Part shown: positions 19,502-29,500 of the stretch, piece by piece
Layout: every line of letters begins with the position of its first letter
How positions within the stretch are numbered: position 1 is the stretch's first letter
IMG/VR virus record: IMGVR_UViG_3300027976_000027
Location: 7,405 to 71,404 of that record
Length of the DNA stretch: 64,000 bases
Strand: one strand, 5' to 3'
From: a virus
Program-made: the position numbers and the translations under genes
The notes under the pieces: generated by a model
The model's input: the letters and a program-made list of their open reading frames with translations, nothing else
Told to the model about the DNA's origin: nothing
Database searches by the model: none

Positions 19502-21709
19502 CTATAGTATGTCTATTGAAGCATCAGAAAACTTTTCTGAGTTTTTAAATTTTATTTTAAAAGAATCAATTGAAGGTGAGCCTAGAGGGTTTTGCCCTCT
19601 CACTAAATCAGCCCTAAATCTGACCTTTGATACAGGTTCTGGGTTATTGGTATAGTAAAAAAATCTTGAATTTGATCTAATATTATCCCTACAAAATATT
19701 TCTTTATTACCAAAAAAATTTTCCAGAGTGAAGACTAGATCAGTTAATGAATTATTATTTTTGAATTCCAGAGGGTCGACATAACTGTAGTACTTGTTAT
19801 AAACTAGCCCATATTCTAGTAGGGATTTAGAGTCCATAAGAGTTATGGAACCATTTGAACTTTCCGGCATGTCTATAGCTATTCTGATAACATTTATCCC
19901 TGCCTTAAAATTCCATTGAATCATCTCTGAATTTTTTCCAACCGGTATAATAGATGATCTTCCATTGAGGTATATCGCAACGTCCCAGGTTTTCGAAACC
20001 GTATCATTTTTTATAAAATTATTTCTTACGGTTATATCGTTAGGACAATAAATCTTAACATCTAAAAGCACACTTATCTTAGATAGATTTGGCCCAGTAA
20101 AAAAGATAGAACTATTTGTCAACTCATATGACGGCATAGTGAAAAACTGTCTTATACTAGATTTACCATTAAGTATATTCGCCCAGGTAAATAGTTCATC
20201 TTTTTCGTTAAAGATGCTACCGATATAATTAATATAATTTCCGTTAACTAGATTAACACCCTCTAGTAGATATGGCCTTATGGGTTGGTCTAGTTTATCT
20301 ATCTTACCTATTCTATAAATTTTTTGACCTGGATACATGTCCAATAAGGGATTCTGATCATTTAAATTTTTTGAAGAACTTTTTGTTGCTAGCGGAATCT
20401 TTTTTATTTGACCAGAATTTGGGATTATATTAGCATTTATCTGTTTTGAGGCTAAGGTAGATCCATTAAAATTTATAGAATTTGAAAATTCATTTAATTC
20501 TAGATTAGAATTTCCGGTAGGCAGGATGGGTATCCAGGCAAAATCGGAGAGAACTTGCGCAGATGGGTTGTCTTCTGCTAAATAATAAATTATCGACCCA
20601 CCACCAGTTGTGGAATAATCAACATCTAAAGAGACAGAATCTATAACTAGCGATGGGTTGTCTTTGGAGCTGACAGAGATTGGCATAGAGACATACGTAG
20701 CGGATCTATCATAATACTGACCGCTTATTGCTATATCCCTAATACCAAATCTGTAACCATTCTTATCAACCCTATTCGGTTCTATAAAATCTGGTTCCGT
20801 TTTTACCATAAACAAATCTATCGAGCCTATATTGCCTGGCTCAAAACTAAATGAAAACCTATCAAAATCTTTTGTTGATTTCTTAGAATAAACCTGACTA
20901 TTTTTATTTGTATCTACATAATTAACCTTAACGTAAACATCCGTCGGCGATATTGTACTTAATCGCCCTTCTATCTTAGACAGGATAACATTCTTGGCTA
21001 TCGGTAGATTTATAGATAGAGTCACTAAACCTATTTTGTCAAAATAGCGTATTGTTTGCCATTCTGTATTTTCTAAACCATCAAAAACCGCAGAGAAAAA
21101 AGAATCATCAGGAAAGGTTTTACTTAAATCTATTTGGGTTTTGTTAAAACTTAGAGAGTAAGTTGGACTATTTGAGGTAATGGAATTAGTAGATACCATA
21201 TCAAATACAGATGATTTCAATGTCGGAAGAGAAACTTTTCCATTAATTATATCAACGAATGCCGTAGTATAACCTAAGTCTGTTCCATCTATCTTGGAAA
21301 ACAATTCAGAATATGCTGCGTAAAACCCGTCTGAGTTTTGATTAGCAAAAATCAGATCATCAACTTTTGATTCAAGAAAAATTCTCTTGGCTCTTAAATT
21401 CTGAAGTCTTTTATTTAAAGCCGTAGCAACCTCTAGCATTTGATCTGAATTTTCAAACATAGAATCATATAAAGTTTCTATATTAAATATAGAATAAAGC
21501 ATTTTCTGATTAAGTAGGTCGACTTCTCCAAACTGAACCTGCCTAAAAATTTGAGAGTCTATTGGAAGAGGTTGTCCTGGTTGAAATTTAGAAAAGTATT
21601 TGGAAAAAAAATCTAAGATCTCAGATTCTTTGGGCTTATTTCCTGCTGCATAGAGATTCTTATACAAGGTGCTTAAGAATTTTTCTTTTTGTATATTACT
21701 TATGGTCAT
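19502..21709 (-). CDS. putative virion (tail/baseplate-associated) protein
   Basis: 735 aa with the same architecture as its neighbours. Confidence 0.6.
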   Translation of the reverse strand: MTISNIQKEKFLSTLYKNLYAAGNKPKESEILDFFSKYFSKFQPGQPLPIDSQIFRQVQFGEVDLLNQKMLYSIFNIETLYDSMFENSDQMLEVATALNKRLQNLRAKRIFLESKVDDLIFANQNSDGFYAAYSELFSKIDGTDLGYTTAFVDIINGKVSLPTLKSSVFDMVSTNSITSNSPTYSLSFNKTQIDLSKTFPDDSFFSAVFDGLENTEWQTIRYFDKIGLVTLSINLPIAKNVILSKIEGRLSTISPTDVYVKVNYVDTNKNSQVYSKKSTKDFDRFSFSFEPGNIGSIDLFMVKTEPDFIEPNRVDKNGYRFGIRDIAISGQYYDRSATYVSMPISVSSKDNPSLVIDSVSLDVDYSTTGGGSIIYYLAEDNPSAQVLSDFAWIPILPTGNSNLELNEFSNSINFNGSTLASKQINANIIPNSGQIKKIPLATKSSSKNLNDQNPLLDMYPGQKIYRIGKIDKLDQPIRPYLLEGVNLVNGNYINYIGSIFNEKDELFTWANILNGKSSIRQFFTMPSYELTNSSIFFTGPNLSKISVLLDVKIYCPNDITVRNNFIKNDTVSKTWDVAIYLNGRSSIIPVGKNSEMIQWNFKAGINVIRIAIDMPESSNGSITLMDSKSLLEYGLVYNKYYSYVDPLEFKNNNSLTDLVFTLENFFGNKEIFCRDNIRSNSRFFYYTNNPEPVSKVRFRADLVRGQNPLGSPSIDSFKIKFKNSEKFSDASIDIL

Positions 21710-23850
21710 GATTGTTCCACTCTCCCTGATATTTGATATGAATATAATATTGGAGAAATGTTTTCATACCTTGGTTTTTCTAGTTCTATTTTAACCCTAA
21801 CACTAGTCACTATTTCTGGTATCTCTGGATAGTTTAAGTATTTTATTCCCCTTAATTGGCCAATCCCCTGAACGTTCTCGTTCAAAGAAAGTATTTCCGG
21901 TATCCCGTTAAATGGATTTTCAATTGGGGAAATTTTTATCCACTTATTCCCATCATCTAAAGATACATAGTATTTTATATAACTTTTACTAGAACTAGCC
22001 CCAGTATACATTTCGGAAGTATCTGCAGAGATGGATAAATTTTTTATTTGGTATGGAAAAATAAATGGCTTGGATATAATTTCGGCTTTTTCTCCAAATG
22101 TATTATTATTGAACTCTATTGATCTCAAAGATATTGATGCCCTTTTTGCGTTGTAGTACTCAAACATCTTTTTTAAAAGGATACTGGCTGGAATGGTTTT
22201 TGGTTTAAGGTCTGACTTTATTGGTTCTATCTTCAAATCTTGGAAATTATTAACACTCCATGCTTCATCTCTAATTTTTTTATTGATAAAATCTAAACCA
22301 ATTTTAGCGGCTTCTACAGAATCATATGACCATCTAATTGCAGTATCGGTAGTATAACTTTTTTCCTGTTGGATAGCAGGAGTCTGAAAATCGGTAAATG
22401 CGTTTGTAAAAAAGTACCTAGCAGTTGGTAGCGACGTCCTTGAAAAAGATATCACAGCTCTATCAACCTGATTAGTTATCTTGAATGTAACAGGTATTTT
22501 TTTTGTGACCATAGAAGATGAATCTTTATTCGTATTAGGACGCAAAATTGATGGGATAATATCGTCCAAATCATATTGGAGATCAGAAAACCCTAAAGAG
22601 ACTAATGAGCTAGGATCAAATCTAGACTGGGATTCCAACCTAGAAAGGACTCCAGTCCCGCCAGTAGGCTGCCAATACATATGTTTGATCTTTGTTTCTG
22701 TATAATTTTCCTGCTTTATATATACATTAAACTCATCTGTATTTATTTCTGGAAAAAAGATATTAGCTTTATTATAGTAATATTTACCAGAAGACTCTAT
22801 ACTCTGTGGTACGAATGTAGAACCAATATATATTGGCTCATTTAATAGTTCCACCAATTGATTAGTCGCTCGTGAAATAGCTGTAATTCTTACTATTTTT
22901 AACTCTGAATAAACGTTTTGCGATGCTCCAAAATAAGGAATTATAGTAACAGAATTAGCTTTACCAGGTCGTGAAGATTTTATCTTCAATGATAGATTAA
23001 GACTTTCGTCTGCAGAATGACGAATCCAAGGTTTATATTTTGTAGTTTTTTCACCGTTAACTATAGACTCATCTGTATATAAAAATTCAAACTCTTTTGC
23101 ACCAGACATTTGAGTTTGTTTTTTATCAACCACAATAGCTTCGTATTCAAAGTATTTCATCGGATTGTCATCAATTATGTTTGCTATTAAACCAATAGAA
23201 TTATTATCCTGATATATATACCTGTAATTTGATTCAACATCATTGGTCATATAAACAGCATGGTTATTGCCGATAAACCCATTCGAATCATCATTGATAA
23301 TAGCTATCGAGGAGGGGTTCCATCTGTAGGATTCGGAGGTCGAGAGACTTGCCACTCCATCTCTGACAAGTGGTATGTTTTCTTTAGGAATTTTCAATAA
23401 ATCTATAAAATCCATATTATCAAAATAGTCACCAAAAAAATATATGTCGTTTCCAGGGCTTTGAGAATAAGCCTGGAGAACTCGTACTTTTGATTTCATT
23501 CTATCTGTAAATTGATTTTCCTTTTCAACTTCAGAGTTAAAAAGATTATAAAGAGATACTATCTGTGCACTCTGGTAATCTAATTGTTTTGCTATTATAT
23601 TTAGATCATCCGCAACATTGGAAATGAATCTATTAAACTTTTTGGACGACGGCGGTTCACCTTTTATTACTTGCTCATAGGTAGATATCGGCATCGTAGA
23701 AAATTTATTCACATCCGTAAGCAGTTGGTTATACTCTTCTGCCATTTGCTCATAAGAGGCAATGTCGTTTTTTGAATATTTCAAAAGAAATTTTTGTATT
23801 CTCTTAATTAACTGATCATAGAATACTGTGTTTACAGATAGTTGAGCCAT
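21706..23850 (-). CDS. putative virion (tail/baseplate-associated) protein
   Basis: 714 aa. GEPPSSKKFN..DL N-terminal motif and YYVSLDDG.KW. Confidence 0.6.
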   Translation of the reverse strand: MAQLSVNTVFYDQLIKRIQKFLLKYSKNDIASYEQMAEEYNQLLTDVNKFSTMPISTYEQVIKGEPPSSKKFNRFISNVADDLNIIAKQLDYQSAQIVSLYNLFNSEVEKENQFTDRMKSKVRVLQAYSQSPGNDIYFFGDYFDNMDFIDLLKIPKENIPLVRDGVASLSTSESYRWNPSSIAIINDDSNGFIGNNHAVYMTNDVESNYRYIYQDNNSIGLIANIIDDNPMKYFEYEAIVVDKKQTQMSGAKEFEFLYTDESIVNGEKTTKYKPWIRHSADESLNLSLKIKSSRPGKANSVTIIPYFGASQNVYSELKIVRITAISRATNQLVELLNEPIYIGSTFVPQSIESSGKYYYNKANIFFPEINTDEFNVYIKQENYTETKIKHMYWQPTGGTGVLSRLESQSRFDPSSLVSLGFSDLQYDLDDIIPSILRPNTNKDSSSMVTKKIPVTFKITNQVDRAVISFSRTSLPTARYFFTNAFTDFQTPAIQQEKSYTTDTAIRWSYDSVEAAKIGLDFINKKIRDEAWSVNNFQDLKIEPIKSDLKPKTIPASILLKKMFEYYNAKRASISLRSIEFNNNTFGEKAEIISKPFIFPYQIKNLSISADTSEMYTGASSSKSYIKYYVSLDDGNKWIKISPIENPFNGIPEILSLNENVQGIGQLRGIKYLNYPEIPEIVTSVRVKIELEKPRYENISPILYSYQISGRVEQS

Positions 23851-23854
23851 AATA

Positions 23855-26500
23855 TTATCCTAGTTTCGACAATTTATTTGATCGCATATTTTTTGTTTTT
23901 AACTTTAAGACTACATTATCTATATAGCCAGCCGAAAAAATATTATCCATGTTATTTCTGACTATTAATCTAAACCTGATAAAGTTGTTTAGGTAACTAT
24001 ACATAATATTAAATGATAGATTAATCGATTTATTAAAAATAATATTCTTTCCATTTTGAAAGAATAAGATTTCATTCGTTTCATAGAAAGAAGCTTTTTC
24101 AAAATTGTTATCTATATAGTTAGTCAGGTTTATAGCATACGTTCCGTCGGAAAATTTAATAGCGACTGGGCTATATCCGAGATAGTTACTAGTGCTAATG
24201 GTGCCATTTCTCAGACTATATATTGCGCTGTTCAATTTTTCTGGATCTATATATGGTTCATTTTTAAGTAGAACCATATTCCCAGAATACGTTCTTTCAA
24301 AGAACTCTCCATTATTACCAATCCCACTTCCGGAATTAAGCATTTTGTCCTTTGGACTGATTAGAGATGCATCGATATAGTTTTGGGTAAAATTAACCGT
24401 ATCTGCAGTGTAAGAAACAATATATACGCTTTTAGGGTCAAAGGATTTAAACGTGATAGTCTTTTCAAATTTATTGACTATATAGAAACTATTATTTAAT
24501 ATAGATTGGTTACGATATACCTTGATAGATGGTTCATCTGGGTAGAATCGTAGCGATGCTGTTTGATTTATCTTGTCTACGAATAGTATTTCAGATTCTA
24601 TTTCGCTAGAATTGAATGGAATAATTGGATACCAGTCACCCTCGGAAATTGGATTCTCCTTAAGGGAAATAGATAGCTCATAAGAAATTGGTTCCTTCAA
24701 GTCTAGATTGGAAAAATTTTTCTTCTTGTCAATTTCTTCAAGATTTACCTTTGCCTTTATCCCAAGAACTGTACCGGCAATCGATATCCTAGCACTTATG
24801 TAAGATGCTTTATTTTCGCTAAATGAATTGGTAGAATATTTAGCAATATTTGTTTTTCCAAATTGAATATTCTTTAAAGAAAAATTATATTGATAAGAAT
24901 TTGTGTCATGCACTGCGCTAGTCATTGAACCATTTATAGCAAAGTTGGAACCGGGTATGATGTGCATATCGTCGTGACCAAAGATATCTTGCCCCAACAT
25001 ATTCGCATTTTTATCTATCCCCGTTGGTGGGCTAGTTACCCTACCTAAAGAACCACCCCTATAAACGCTATTGGTATCATTGAACATGGTGTTTTTGAAT
25101 AATTTAAACTTCATTCCCAATGTTTGGGATACTATATTCTGGACCATATTTGTTAGAGGACTTCTATCAAAAAGAAGATTTGATTCATCAAGGATTGTTA
25201 AATTATTTTCTTCGTGTCTGAATTTATTATGCTGTTTATCATCAATGGGATTATTTTCAATTGGATATTTATATGTATAATAATCCGTATGGACATTTAT
25301 ATTTTTTTTAAATTCATCTATAGAAACAGATTTTCTAAAATATTCCAAGACTATATCCTGTAAAGTACTGTGTGTATTTTTTTTATTCTTTCTTATCTTT
25401 TTTAATATTTCATAAATTATTTTTGAATTTAGTTCATCCGAAGATGATGGAGCTGTTGCCTTAGTATAGAGTGGCTGATTTAATATCAAAATTATTCTTT
25501 TTACTTTATCCATTGGGAAGGTTATATCCAAAGTAGACTTGAAACCAATTGGCGCGTTCAGCAATTGCTTAAGTTGATAGCCGGAGCTTGGAACATTAGA
25601 ATCTGAGGAAAAAAGCCTCTCTGCTATATTTGAAGACTCTATTAATACTTGCATTAACTGCAGTCCATTGATTTCATTGGGATTTATTCTTATAAAATCC
25701 ATCTCTATTTCTTTGATGAAATCAATCTCTAAGATTGTTTTAGCGCCTACCATGTGGGAATAATCGTAGTCCATATAGACTGATAGAGAGTCCGGAAAAG
25801 AAGTTAGTATCGTTGGAGATTTAATAGAGACATTCCAAACATTGGAATGTTTTTCCATAAAAAGATTATCTGAATCAGAAATTGACGATATATATTGGGT
25901 GTAATTACTGTCAATTTTAACTGATTTTATAAAACCAATAGGATTAATAAAATCGACTCCAGCACCTATCTTAAACTTCGAGACGATACTGTCTACATAA
26001 CCATTGCCATTTTCACCGAATGGTGAGCCACCCCTATCTGTGTAGGGTACTTTTTCTACTTCATGCTCATTTGAGTTTAGGTTATTATCAAAATTTTCTA
26101 AATATGAAAAATTATAAAGATCATCTTTTCCTGAAATAAACTCATAGTTATTAATATAATTTTCTAAATATTCTACATTCTTTTCTATCTTAGCAATTTG
26201 AGATAACATTATATCTACCATGGAATTTGTCGATACGCTAACTGCGTTAGAGGCATTGAAGTATCTCTCAAAGCGTATTTGCATATCCCTGAATGTATCA
26301 ACAAATGATTCTGATTCAATTATTGATCCAATTCTATACGCGACTGGGGCGTAGTCGGCACCGACGGAAAACGTAGAAAGATTTTTTACTAACTCTGCGA
26401 CCTGTGCCTTATCAGCTTTAACATTTTTCATTAAAGATCCAACAGTTTGTTGTGATTTATCAGAAAATGTTTTTATTATATCTGGAAGAAAATTTATCAT
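23855..26500 (-). CDS. putative virion (tail/baseplate-associated) protein
   Basis: 881 aa with the same architecture as its neighbours. Confidence 0.6.
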   Translation of the reverse strand: MINFLPDIIKTFSDKSQQTVGSLMKNVKADKAQVAELVKNLSTFSVGADYAPVAYRIGSIIESESFVDTFRDMQIRFERYFNASNAVSVSTNSMVDIMLSQIAKIEKNVEYLENYINNYEFISGKDDLYNFSYLENFDNNLNSNEHEVEKVPYTDRGGSPFGENGNGYVDSIVSKFKIGAGVDFINPIGFIKSVKIDSNYTQYISSISDSDNLFMEKHSNVWNVSIKSPTILTSFPDSLSVYMDYDYSHMVGAKTILEIDFIKEIEMDFIRINPNEINGLQLMQVLIESSNIAERLFSSDSNVPSSGYQLKQLLNAPIGFKSTLDITFPMDKVKRIILILNQPLYTKATAPSSSDELNSKIIYEILKKIRKNKKNTHSTLQDIVLEYFRKSVSIDEFKKNINVHTDYYTYKYPIENNPIDDKQHNKFRHEENNLTILDESNLLFDRSPLTNMVQNIVSQTLGMKFKLFKNTMFNDTNSVYRGGSLGRVTSPPTGIDKNANMLGQDIFGHDDMHIIPGSNFAINGSMTSAVHDTNSYQYNFSLKNIQFGKTNIAKYSTNSFSENKASYISARISIAGTVLGIKAKVNLEEIDKKKNFSNLDLKEPISYELSISLKENPISEGDWYPIIPFNSSEIESEILFVDKINQTASLRFYPDEPSIKVYRNQSILNNSFYIVNKFEKTITFKSFDPKSVYIVSYTADTVNFTQNYIDASLISPKDKMLNSGSGIGNNGEFFERTYSGNMVLLKNEPYIDPEKLNSAIYSLRNGTISTSNYLGYSPVAIKFSDGTYAINLTNYIDNNFEKASFYETNEILFFQNGKNIIFNKSINLSFNIMYSYLNNFIRFRLIVRNNMDNIFSAGYIDNVVLKLKTKNMRSNKLSKLG

Positions 26501-29500
26501 CTAATTCTTGCCCAATCTTTTCCATCCATATCCTGGATTTTATAAGCTACACCAGCGGTTATATTTTTATCTATTATACTATATATTTCTTCTTCGTTAT
26601 TGAAATTTTCCAAAACAGACCTAGGTATCTGTATTATAACATAACCACCCTTTGGATAGGATTCTTGATCTGAAGGGTATATATCCCAAAAAGATATAGC
26701 CTCAGGAATATCCACTAAAACCTTATCAAGATCCAATGCGCCATATGATTTTACATTAATGGTTTTACCCAGAGTTGCTTTTAGTCCGCCACCCTTTAGC
26801 CTTAGATCTTCCAACCTAACATCTTTTATGTCTACGGAATTCAAGACATGGATAAGAGCTATTTGCATAGCAAATGGGTCATACTCTGTACTGTTATAGT
26901 AGTCAAAAATATTCGTATCATAAGTAAAATCTATAACCGGTCCATAAGGATGCTCGGATACGTAATCCCACGTGTAGGCATTGTTTTCTGAACTTCTAAC
27001 CTCTATCCTAGATGGGTTGATATATATATGTAGTGCTTTTTCTGTGTCGACTAAATCTCTATTCAAAAATGGATTGATCGGTATTGGCGCTCCAGAAACT
27101 TGTTTAATCGGTATGCCAGTTGCTTTTGCGGTATATGATACTCTAATTAAATTTGGATCATCAGACAATGGTGTTACGAAATCCACTATTCCGGTATTGC
27201 AATTTATATTTCTGATTAAATTACTTTCTACCAGTTCCCACTTACTGTTTATATTGTCCCTTTTTTCAAAGGAAACCCAATTTTTTATTACACCAACTAC
27301 AGTATTCGATGGTTCACGAAAGGTGGCAATTGGCGTTTGACTTAACTGTACCCTTCTATTAGAAAGCACAGTTGGGACCTCGTCCAACACATCGATATAT
27401 GGACGACCTGCTATCTGAGACCAAATTGCACTATCTATGTCTAGGGTTGAATATGTAGCCCTTAATGTTTTCCCAACATATTTGCTTAACCAAGAAGTCC
27501 AACCATAAACTGGATTTATATAGATATCCTTGGTAAAAGATCCTGCCGTAAAATACAATGGCCACTGCTGTGTTTTCTTAAGATTAGGGGGTATTGATGA
27601 TAACCCTATTCTTGACGAAGAGTTATATTCCAAGTTGTAGATGGGACATGCTATCTTCACCGGAACATTAGATGGGATAAATCTACTAGAAGTCTTTGGC
27701 CCAAAAAAATCAATATTACTAGACGTATTACCATCTGCATCAATCGCCAAAACCCCTATGTAAATATTATCCGGACCTCTAGATATATAGTCTATATAAT
27801 ATAGATTAGTTCCCAAAAATTCTTTTTTGTTTTTGTCATAAAAACCGTATACAAAACCACCATTATCTGGTACGTTATTAATAAGTATGATAGAACCGTA
27901 ATCTACGTTGAACTCTTCGGTATCTAAAAGAGACATGGCAAAGTTTTTTATCTCTATACCATATGGCTTCCCAATTTTAGATGGGTCGCTACTAGGCTGA
28001 CATAATAATGTTAATCCATCCAAAACGGTGACTGTATTTTTTGATTGCTTTATCACAGATCCGTCTGCTTTAAGCAGCCAAAAAGTATCTAATAATTTTT
28101 CTGTGCTCTTTAATACTTTCGAGTTTTCATATATCTGGGTTGAAGTCTCGAATGTTATTATGTTATTTATTGCACTTACGAAGATAGAAGAAGAGCTTAC
28201 TGGATTATTAGTAGAACCAAAAACATCGCTCACTAATAATGATGCTTCTAAAAGATCTATTTCCCTAGATGAAGTTAAGTCTATTGTGATCGACTCATCT
28301 TTAAATTGAGGCGAACTATTCGCTACCCCAGATTGCGAAATAGTAGCTACATTACCACCTATAAATGGTGTAAATGCTGGACTATATTTAATGTCACTAA
28401 AATCTATTTTAGTGGCAGTCAGATCCAAGCTCATTTCCCCAGACCAAGTTGGGTATAACATAGAGATTGGTGTGGTCGCAAATTTCACAGACTTGATACC
28501 ACTAATATCAATAATCTCACCTTTATTTGGTGAAATGTTTTCTACTTTACCTTGGATAACATATTTTATAATAACATCTTTTGTTTGTGTTTCTGGCTTA
28601 TATCCAAAAATATCATAAGCAGAAGAACCGAGAGTCAACTTCTGTCTTATGGCATTGTAGCCCATGTTAAAGGCAATTCTTTGGATTGAATAACCCTCCG
28701 TATAACTACCAAAAGATCCACCTAAAAGTGCTCCAGAAAATCTTATTGAGAACACGGCACATTCGGCTATGGGCTTATCTACTACTACTTTTATAACCCC
28801 TGTTGTATAGTTAAGTATACCTTGTACTACGGTGCCCGTACTTGACCCAGCTGGATAACATTTTATTTCTTTTATACTTATACCTTTATAGGATGTAGCA
28901 CCTGCGAAAGCTCCTGTGGTAATGCTTAGATCGAGAACCTTCACATTTGTTGCAACACCTAATTGATCAGATGGCGCAGCAACCCAGATTGTATCGATTA
29001 GAGTAGACGGACCGGTAAGCCCTGTAAATGTTACTTTCCTATAGTTCCAATCTCTAGATGGGAGCTCATGTAGCTCTATAGCATCTGCTGCCGCTATTAT
29101 AAATTTCACCACACCAGCTGGTAAAGCCTTATTTGCCGCAACCCTAGCGAGTATTGCCTGATAACGGACTGGGTCGGAGCTCTTTATTTTTTTCCAAACA
29201 TGTATAGCTAATAAAGATTTTGTTTCACTATCGACAGTACCATTTTTGAATCTAGCATCTTCCTGCACCTGAAACGCCTTAACTGCATTAAAAGTAGCTG
29301 CGTTATAACCAATTCCTGATCCTGTGATTGGACAAACAATGCCATACTCCCTTAGGGAAATTTGTATATAGTTAATGTAGTTAAGAGGTGTTAACATCCC
29401 CTGTACAAATTGCTTAGTTGTATTTCCAGCTTGTATATCTCCAGTATACAGATAGCTGTTAGCTGGGTCTGTTGAGTTAACTATATTCGTTCTTCTGTCT

